Assembly (NCBI GenBank): GCA_963662435.1 | Contig: OY759598.1 | Location: 1,706,507-1,770,506 of the forward strand | Length of the DNA stretch: 64,000 bases | Reading direction: 5' to 3' | DNA from: Dehalococcoidia bacterium | GTDB lineage: Bacteria > Chloroflexota > Dehalococcoidia > Lucifugimonadales > VXLM01 | Part shown: in pieces, positions 56,905-64,000 of the stretch | Position numbering within the stretch: the first letter of the stretch is position 1 | Layout of the letters: each line of letters begins with the position of its first letter | Made by a program: the position numbers and the translations under genes | The notes under the pieces: model-generated | Told to the model about the DNA's origin: nothing | Seen by the model: the letters and a program-made list of their open reading frames with translations, nothing else | Database searches by the model: none

Positions 56905-58050
56905 ATGACGGAGGAAGGCAACGCGATGTACCGGGTGGGGATGATCGGGATTGGTCGCAAGGGGGCACAGCATGCGAGGGCGTACCGGCTCGATCCGAGG
57001 ACGGAGATCGTGGCGGCGGCGGATACCGACGAGGAGAACCTCGAGGTATTCTGCAAGCGGTTTGGGGCCCGAGGGTATACGGACTACAAGGAAATGCTCC
57101 GGGAAGAGAACGTGGACATCGCGGCTCCGATCCTGCCGGTGGGGCCGAACCCCGGTATCGTGATCGGCAGTGCTGAGGCCGGGGTTAAGGGAATCCTGTG
57201 CGAGAAGCCGTTCGCGCCGTCGCTGCAGGAGGCGGACGCGATGGTGGCGGCGTGCAGGGCGAACGGCGTGAGGATCGGCGCGGGCGACCTGAACATCAAC
57301 CTTCCTGCGTACCAGAAGGCGGTAAAGATGATCACGGATGGGGAGATCGGGGAGGTCAAGAGCATTCATTTCTATGGCGGAGGGGGCTCGGAGCTTTCGG
57401 GTGGCGGCATTCAGCAGTTCAGCCTGATGAGAATGTTTGCGGGGTACGCAGACGTGGCGTGGTGCATTGGATGGGTTGACGACGACCCGTGGAAGGACTA
57501 CGACCAGGGGGGATCGGGATACGTGAGGTTCGTCAACGGGGTTGAGGCGTTCATCAGTCGCGAGCCGGACGCCAGGGGCTCCGGATTCCAGGTGAACTGC
57601 ACAGAGGGCGTGTTCGTCAGCAATGCGGATGTCCTGCACATGTACAGGTCGCCCGGCGGTGGGTCTTCCTGGGAGTCGATGGAGGAGATCGAGGGACTAT
57701 TCCCAGAGACCAACGTCGTGGGCAAGACGAGTAGTCATCGCGAGCCGGACGGATGGCTGTGGCCGGGTGACAGGAACCTGGCGAGCGTTTCGCTGTTCGT
57801 GGACTACCTGGAGCAGGACCTCGACCCGCCGGGAAGCGGCGACAACGGTAGGAAGGTACTCGAAATCGCCATCGGTCTGCGGGAGTCGCACCGTCAGGGT
57901 CACGCGCCCGTTCGGTTCCCGCTAGAGGACAGGAGCCTGCGGATGATTCCCCACGCCTCGCGCATGAACTACAAGAAGCTGCAGGTCGGCCGGGAGGCGT
58001 ACATGAAGCAGATGGCGACGCACGTAGACGACGACGTCGTGAAGGTGTAG
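56905..58050 (+). CDS. Gfo/Idh/MocA family oxidoreductase
   Basis: VGMIGIGRKG, GILCEKP; AGGAGG RBS. Confidence 0.9.
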   Translation: MTEEGNAMYRVGMIGIGRKGAQHARAYRLDPRTEIVAAADTDEENLEVFCKRFGARGYTDYKEMLREENVDIAAPILPVGPNPGIVIGSAEAGVKGILCEKPFAPSLQEADAMVAACRANGVRIGAGDLNINLPAYQKAVKMITDGEIGEVKSIHFYGGGGSELSGGGIQQFSLMRMFAGYADVAWCIGWVDDDPWKDYDQGGSGYVRFVNGVEAFISREPDARGSGFQVNCTEGVFVSNADVLHMYRSPGGGSSWESMEEIEGLFPETNVVGKTSSHREPDGWLWPGDRNLASVSLFVDYLEQDLDPPGSGDNGRKVLEIAIGLRESHRQGHAPVRFPLEDRSLRMIPHASRMNYKKLQVGREAYMKQMATHVDDDVVKV

Positions 58051-58238
58051 CGGTCGGGCCCCCCTCTCTGTATCTTTCCCCTCCAGAGAGAGATTGTGGG
58101 CAGCTTCCAATAGTTATGGGCCTCTCGACCAACCACTGCACGAGGCGCATCGTTCGGCGACCCTTCGACAGGCTCGGGGGTGAACGGATATACTCATTCG
58201 CCGTCCATGCCACTCATAGGAGAGACCTCTACACGCAG

Positions 58239-58937
58239 ATGCCCTACACTCCCGGTCTAAGCTCCGAGTTGGTTAAGTTCAGTTGGGAGCGTATTTCCCC
58301 CTGCCCGCCCGCGGAATCGGAGACGAGGCCGCTCAGTGAGGCGTGTGACGCGCTGGACGCGCTCGACCTACTCGCTTCGTATGCTGAGGGGAATCCCCCT
58401 GGGAGCAATGGGAATGTGAGCGCGCGGGTTAGCGACGAGGGGGCAATGATCGTCACGGCAACCCAGCTGCCCTCCAAGCGAGGCCTCAAGCCGGACGACT
58501 TTGTGCGCCTGGAGCGGTACACGTTCGACGAGACGAACGAGATGCTTTCGAGGGCCTACTACTCCGGGGAGAAACTCCCTTCATCCGAGAGCATTCTTCA
58601 CTGGCACTTCTACCGGAAGTATCCGCAGATCAAGGCGATTGTGCATGTTCATGAGAATACTGAGCTACTGTACTCGTCCGTATCACGGGAGGCGTGGGAG
58701 CGTCTCAGGGTAGTTGAGACGACGCGGTTCGGGGATGCGGGGACGGTCGACCTGCCGTACTCGGTGGAGGAGGTCATCGAGGACCTTGGGCAGTACGTAG
58801 TCCTGAAGGACCACTGGCCAGAGTGGGACAAGGCACATACGGGTACGGTGGCATTCGGGGAGAGTCTCGATGCGGCGGTTGCGCGGGTCATTGCAGTGCA
58901 TGAGGGACTGCGAGAGGCGGCGGCCGGCGCTCGGTAG
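58239..58937 (+). CDS. Class II aldolase/adducin family protein
   Basis: GNVSAR, PSSESILH...Y, AIVHVH, VLKDH. Confidence 0.8.
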   Translation: MPYTPGLSSELVKFSWERISPCPPAESETRPLSEACDALDALDLLASYAEGNPPGSNGNVSARVSDEGAMIVTATQLPSKRGLKPDDFVRLERYTFDETNEMLSRAYYSGEKLPSSESILHWHFYRKYPQIKAIVHVHENTELLYSSVSREAWERLRVVETTRFGDAGTVDLPYSVEEVIEDLGQYVVLKDHWPEWDKAHTGTVAFGESLDAAVARVIAVHEGLREAAAGAR

Positions 58938-59017
58938 CGCCCTACCCTCCAATCGGATACACTTCGCGGTGGATGGGGGAACCCCCTGCATCATGACGTT
59001 TAACTGGAGGATGTTCG

Positions 59018-59866
59018 ATGCCCAAGTCGGAGATAGCGGCCTCGGCTGAAGCGCGGGTGAAGGCCCTCTATCCTGAGGGCGGGCCGGGACGCCAGCTCAA
59101 GGGGAGACTCGCGGCCCGCGAGGTCCTGGTAGGCGGGATGGTGTGCGAGTACACGCGTCCCAGTCTTATGAAGCTGTACCAGCAGGCGGGGTACGACTTC
59201 GTATACATCGAATACGAGCACGCCTATTTCGGTCTCACGGAACTGGCGGACATGGTGGTGTCGGCGCGGGACAACGGGATGCCGGTCGTTGCGAAGACGC
59301 CACAGCTGGAGCGTCAAGAGGTGGCGAAGCTCCTGGAGTGCGGCATCGTAGGGATTCAACTGCCGCGAACGGAGACTCGGGAAGAGATCGAGACGCTGGT
59401 GGACCTGATCAAGCTGTATCCCAAGGGGAGCAGGGCGAGCGCGACGGGATACGGGAGCAGCGACTACATCAAGCCCTCTGACCGCCACGGATGGATAGCG
59501 GGTCAGGACGCGGAGACGACGCTGGTCGTCCACATCGAGACGCGGACAGGATATGCCAACGCCGAGGAGATCGTGAGCACGCCTGGCGTGGACATGGTGT
59601 ACTGCGGCCCGGGAGACACGTCGCTGGAGTTCGATCACCCGGGCGACTGGGACCATCCCGACGTGTTGGGACCAATGGAGCATGTGCTCGAACTATGTCT
59701 TAAGCACGGCGTGTCGTTCGGGACGAGCGTCAAGGGGCACGAGTCGGCCGCTCGTTGGATCGGCAAGGGAGCGCTCTTCTTCGAGGAAACGAGCGAACTG
59801 GACCTGATATCGAGGGGTGCGAAGGCGATTGTCGACGGTTATCGGGAGATCCTAGGAAACGGGTAA
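59018..59866 (+). CDS. HpcH/HpaI aldolase family protein
   Basis: AGYDFVYIEYEH, YPKGSR, HIET, GVDMVYCGPGD. Confidence 0.9.
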   Translation: MPKSEIAASAEARVKALYPEGGPGRQLKGRLAAREVLVGGMVCEYTRPSLMKLYQQAGYDFVYIEYEHAYFGLTELADMVVSARDNGMPVVAKTPQLERQEVAKLLECGIVGIQLPRTETREEIETLVDLIKLYPKGSRASATGYGSSDYIKPSDRHGWIAGQDAETTLVVHIETRTGYANAEEIVSTPGVDMVYCGPGDTSLEFDHPGDWDHPDVLGPMEHVLELCLKHGVSFGTSVKGHESAARWIGKGALFFEETSELDLISRGAKAIVDGYREILGNG

Positions 59867-59899
59867 GCAGGCGAAGGCCGGACGGACTACGGGGGAAGC

Positions 59900-60529
59900 A
59901 TGGGAACACAATTGACCCGATGGGACGGCATGATTGCCATGGTCAGCGGCGCACTGCTGCTGGTCTGGTGGATTCCGGTCGCGACGCTTCTGCCCTCCTT
60001 GGACCCGACGGTGGAGATCCTTGACATCGTGGAAGACGCGCTGTGGGTGCCTCTCAACTTGTCCGGGATGATTGCAGCCATCCTGCTCCCCGGCGTGCTC
60101 GTGAGCTTCTACCTGGCCCAAAAAGGGACGTTATCCAAAGCAGGACAGGTGGGGTTCTATCTGTCCCTTCTCGGATCTGTGATGTTTGTATGGGTGCAGA
60201 GCGAGCAGACGCTCTTGTGGCCCAGGCTTGCTGCCGAAGCCCCTGAACTCGTCGATTTCGAATTCTTCCTGCTCGGTGAACTACGGTTCGATGTGATCTA
60301 CTGGCCTTCCTTCCTGTTGCTGGGAATTGGTCTCTTTCTCTTTGGGCGCTCGACCGCTTCGGCCGGTGTATTCCACCGGTGGGCGGGACATCTCTTGTGG
60401 TTCGGCGGCCTGACATTTGGGTTGAGCGGGATTGCTATTGGACTGCGGTTTCTCGCTGTCTTGGCCTTCGGGTCCGCGCTGATCTGGATGGGATATCTCC
60501 AGTGGCGAGACCGATCTGCCGCTTGGTAG
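59900..60529 (+). CDS. Integral membrane hypothetical protein
   Basis: About six hydrophobic segments in 209 aa. Confidence 0.75.
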   Translation: MGTQLTRWDGMIAMVSGALLLVWWIPVATLLPSLDPTVEILDIVEDALWVPLNLSGMIAAILLPGVLVSFYLAQKGTLSKAGQVGFYLSLLGSVMFVWVQSEQTLLWPRLAAEAPELVDFEFFLLGELRFDVIYWPSFLLLGIGLFLFGRSTASAGVFHRWAGHLLWFGGLTFGLSGIAIGLRFLAVLAFGSALIWMGYLQWRDRSAAW

Positions 60530-61209
60530 TCGCTATTGGCGCCTCGGGTCTCTTGGGGCGCATGCAGGACCAGGCGGCTGGATGGGACTCCTTCGACAGG
60601 CTCAGGGCGAACGTACTTTCTCTTACTTGTGTCCCCCGTTAATGACACTCCGGCATGGCTCAAGGTGGGGCGTAGCGATGCTCAGGGTGAACGGGGTTGT
60701 GGTCGTAGGTGAGGGTGAACGGGGTCATACCCTGGCGGTGTGTTGGGGTCAACTATGGGGTTCCCTTGGGAGCAGCAGTACTTGGAATTCGTCGAGCGGG
60801 CGTATGTACCGTACGGTTCGGGTAGGTTATCCACCAAAGTTCAATGAATGGTGCGTGAATGCGAAGTACAAAGGCATACCGAACACCTGTGCAAGGCCGG
60901 TATCGATAACCATTGTCGTGAGGAAAGTACAGATTCCACATGTCCAGCATTTTTGATTTTTCTTTTCCAAAGGTTAGGAATCGACTAAACCCTGTGAGTT
61001 GAGATTGGTGTAGTCGGATGGAACCACGCAGTCAAACATGGTGCCCATGGAATCGTCTCCTCAAGAGAATGAGGCGCTACGTTCTTCAACATTATTTGGG
61101 AATACTCCGAAACTTTGGCGAACAGAACGAATGGCCTGTAGACGGGCAGCGCCTATATCAAGCGGCTCACGGCCTGTTCAGGTTTGAAGAGGGCAGGCGG
61201 GAGTCGGGG

Positions 61210-61229
61210 TGTGGATAAAGTGTGGGGAA
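61210..61229. promoter_or_regulatory. DnaA boxes upstream of dnaA
   Basis: Perfect TGTGGATAA at 61210-61218 and degenerate TGTGGGGAA at 61221-61229; another TTATCCACC at 60827-60835. Confidence 0.8.
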
Positions 61230-61310
61230 ACTCCCTCAGACTTCCGCTCCAGAGGGGTTACACCGTGTTAGAATCCGCACTCCCAAACCACTTTCCTGGA
61301 ACTCCTATAC

Positions 61311-62723
61311 GTGACCGACGAAGCAGGAAACATCAGCCCACACGAGATGTGGGACTCCGTTCTTGGTGAACTTCAACTACAGGTACCCAAGCCGAGCTAC
61401 GAGACTTGGCTGAAGGGAACGACGGGCGTTTCCGTCGAGGATGGGGCGCTCGTGGTAAGGACGCCCAACGCCTTCGTTTCCGAGATGCTGGACACGCGAA
61501 TGTACGCCCTCATTTCCAGGTGCCTCGAAGGGATTTCCGGGGAGCATCTGGAAATTCGGTTTGAAGTCGGCGGCGAGATCCGGTCAAGCGCAGGATCGAC
61601 TCCCCGAACGAATGGCGCCGGGGATGCCGGGACTCCTCGAATGTCGCTGGACCAAGACGGAGCCGCGTCTCGACCCTCCCACCGAAGGGTGGGATTAAAT
61701 GCACGGTACCGATTCGAGAACTTCATCGTCGGCAGCTCCAACAACTTGGCCCATGCGGCGTCGGTGGCGGTATCCGAGAATCCTGGATTCGTGTACAACC
61801 CGCTGGTGATCTACTCGGGGGTCGGACTTGGAAAGACACATTTGATGCACGCCATCGGCCACAGGGTTAAGGAGGCGGGGCACGACGTCCTGTACACGAC
61901 GACGGAGGAGTTCACGAACGAGTACATCAGGGCGATCCGGGAGGGTACGACGGAGGAGTTTCGGGACAGGTACCGGAGTGCCGACGTGTTGCTCCTGGAT
62001 GACATACAGTTCATCATCGGCAAGGAGCAGACGCAGGAAGGGTTCTTCCACACGTTCAATGCGCTCCACATGGCGGGCAAGCAGATCGTCATTACGTGCG
62101 ACAGGCCGGTAAGCGAGCTTTCGCTGCTGCAGGACCGCGTGTCTTCCAGGCTGGCGGGAGGCCTGGTAGTTGACATCCAGATACCCGACCTGGAGACCCG
62201 GCTGGCGATACTGAGGTCAAAGGCCGAGCAGATCGACAGGGAGTTTCCCAACAACGTGCTGGAATTCATTGCGGGGCGCGTCCAGCGGAACGTGCGGGAG
62301 CTGGAAGGATGCCTGAACATCGTGGCTGCGTATGCGGGTCTGGGCCACAAGACATTAGACGGAGCCACCGATTCGGACGTTGACCTGGACCTGGTGGAGC
62401 AGGCCTTGGAGGATTCGCTCAAGGAGAGCGCCAGGAGAGTATCCGAGGAGGACGTGCTGGGCGCGGTCGCACGGTACTTCTCCATCGACAAGTCCACGCT
62501 GAAGGGTAAGAAGCGCGACAGGACGACGGCACAGGCGCGGCATGTGTCGATGTACCTGCTGCGAGAGGAAGTGCAGCTACCCCTCGCGACCATCGGACGG
62601 GTCATGGGCGGCAGAGACCACTCGACGGTTATCCATGCATGCCGGAGGATCGAGCGTCAGCTCGAGGCGGACACGCGTCTCCGGCGTGACCTCATGAACA
62701 TTCGCGAGTCTCTTGCGGCGTAG
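61311..62723 (+). CDS. dnaA: Chromosomal replication initiator DnaA
   Basis: LNARYRFENF, YNPL.IYSGVGLGKTHL, LLLDDIQF, QEGFFHTFN, NVRELEG, GGRDHSTV. Confidence 0.99.
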   Translation: MTDEAGNISPHEMWDSVLGELQLQVPKPSYETWLKGTTGVSVEDGALVVRTPNAFVSEMLDTRMYALISRCLEGISGEHLEIRFEVGGEIRSSAGSTPRTNGAGDAGTPRMSLDQDGAASRPSHRRVGLNARYRFENFIVGSSNNLAHAASVAVSENPGFVYNPLVIYSGVGLGKTHLMHAIGHRVKEAGHDVLYTTTEEFTNEYIRAIREGTTEEFRDRYRSADVLLLDDIQFIIGKEQTQEGFFHTFNALHMAGKQIVITCDRPVSELSLLQDRVSSRLAGGLVVDIQIPDLETRLAILRSKAEQIDREFPNNVLEFIAGRVQRNVRELEGCLNIVAAYAGLGHKTLDGATDSDVDLDLVEQALEDSLKESARRVSEEDVLGAVARYFSIDKSTLKGKKRDRTTAQARHVSMYLLREEVQLPLATIGRVMGGRDHSTVIHACRRIERQLEADTRLRRDLMNIRESLAA

Positions 62724-62995
62724 TCACCTTCCCTTCTGCTCCGACGTCGTTGAAATGACGGGGCAATTGGGGGATGGACTCGAGTTCTCCATCGACAGGG
62801 CGGGTTTCCGACCCTCCCCTGCCGTGCATGGGGCCCATTGGCCTTCGATGACAGGGTGTTGGAAACCCTGGCCATTCTGCTTGACTGTAGTAGGCGGTGC
62901 CAATATACTCGGTCTCGCTCGGCACACCGGAAAATGAATTGACGCCCGACGCTGGGATTTCGGTGTTCGATGGGCGTCGAGAGAGAAGGTGTTTC

Positions 62996-63508
62996 ATGCT
63001 ACGCCAAGGCCCCGCGTTCTGGTTCGTACTGGTACTAGGGCTTCTCATGGCCGGCCTCATCATTGGAGGCGGGTTCTACTTAGCCGTAAATTTGGGAACG
63101 GTTGAGTTGGGCGGGCCCCCGGATATGGCGGCGACTATGACGACTTCCTCCAGCCAGGTTGCCGCCGGCGGAGAAGTGACCTATACGGTCGGGTATCAGA
63201 ACAAGGGTGAGAACCCCGCCGGGTCGGTCTCAATGACCATCTCCTTGCCGGCCGGATCGACCATCGGAGAGATCGTTCCTTCGGCGGCGTGCACGCCCTC
63301 CGGCACAACTGTCACCTGCAGGCTGGGCACTCAGAATCCACAGAGAAGCGGCGCCGTGACCGTCACGGCAACGATAGATTCCTCGGCGGCAAAAGGCACG
63401 GAACTGCAGGCCCAGGCAATGATTGAGACTGCTACAACGCGCGACGAAAAGAAGTCTGAGACGGTGAAAGACAACAACACTGCGACGGCGGTTGTCACGG
63501 TGCAATAA
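62996..63508 (+). CDS. Membrane-anchored DUF11 (Ig-like) domain protein
   Basis: TM helix, then G.EVTYTV...N.G...A, C...C.LG and DNN.A. Confidence 0.8.
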   Translation: MLRQGPAFWFVLVLGLLMAGLIIGGGFYLAVNLGTVELGGPPDMAATMTTSSSQVAAGGEVTYTVGYQNKGENPAGSVSMTISLPAGSTIGEIVPSAACTPSGTTVTCRLGTQNPQRSGAVTVTATIDSSAAKGTELQAQAMIETATTRDEKKSETVKDNNTATAVVTVQ

Positions 63509-63591
63509 AACTTGCATCGAAGGCGGGCCGAGACTACATTAGTCTCGTGTCGTCTTGGCGCGATGGCGATTAACGGACGAGGAGGAGATCG

Positions 63592-64000
63592 TTGGCGGAA
63601 CGTTTCACACCTGAAACAGGTCCAGGGTCGAGAGAACCGATAAAGCCACTACGGCTCAGCGAGGAGGAGCCCAGTGGGCTGATCGGTTTCCTCGTGTGGT
63701 GGAGGAAGCGCGGCGGTATATTCTGGTGGACGTCAATTTTGGCCGTCCTATCGATAGCTACCCTGGCCGGACTGGTCTTTTGGATTGCCCGCGATGTTGG
63801 ACACCTCGACTTCCGACCCGCGCCCGACATGACGGCAACGATCACGGCGGACAAGACTTCGATTTCCAAGGGCGACACCGTCATCTTCAAGATCATTCAC
63901 CTTAACCAGGGGGGGTCGGAGGCGGGTGCGGTAACGGTCGATATCGAGATGCCGGACGCACTGACCGCAACCAGAGTGGAACCGGGGACACCCGCATGCA
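63592..64000 (+). CDS. Second membrane-anchored DUF11-like protein (3' end runs off the window)
   Basis: TTG after AGGAGG; manual translation MAERFTPE...TM...APDMTATITADKTSISKGDTVIFKIIHLNQGGSEAGAV, paralogous to the upstream gene. Confidence 0.75.
   Translation, partial: MAERFTPETGPGSREPIKPLRLSEEEPSGLIGFLVWWRKRGGIFWWTSILAVLSIATLAGLVFWIARDVGHLDFRPAPDMTATITADKTSISKGDTVIFKIIHLNQGGSEAGAVTVDIEMPDALTATRVEPGTPAC

Noticed and set aside
60753..60950. 65-aa ORF upstream of dnaA
   Set aside because: No RBS or recognisable domain, and it overlaps a DnaA box in a likely regulatory region.

Overview
High-GC bacterial chromosomal window, probably Chloroflexota/Dehalococcoidia (SAR202-like) and plausibly host- or sponge-associated. 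Both are inferences from gene content: orphan family-5 solute-binding protein, split pntA, GMC/enolase/Gfo-Idh-MocA/HpcH paralogs, tandem TPR and plant-type LRR lipoproteins. Housekeeping genes include argC, tRNA-Glu(TTC), mutL, pyrD, proBA, rpmH-rnpA-yidD-(PQQ propeller)-yidC-jag, pntAB, hflKC and dnaA. There is one complete IS4-family element (18-bp TIRs, 9-bp TSD) inserted into the centre of a REP palindrome. Intergenic DNA is dense with at least five strand-biased families of short palindromic repeats. The most interesting observations are: (1) a small HTH gene with a LexA-type box inside its promoter, followed by a nested repeat array and a 43-bp triple-10-mer motif that recurs inverted 55.6 kb away; (2) an 18-bp hairpin repeat in tandem arrays with compensatory base changes; (3) a 150-bp two-copy element whose terminal stem covaries and encloses two REP hairpins; (4) a strong promoter directly followed by a terminator, a candidate ~37-nt RNA; (5) an HPRT-like protein with altered PRPP-binding motifs next to a queuosine-precursor transporter; (6) a YidC basic tail encoded in the overlapping frame of jag. 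No CRISPR array, cas, reverse transcriptase or prophage structural genes were seen. All calls come from reading the sequence by eye; no database searches were run.
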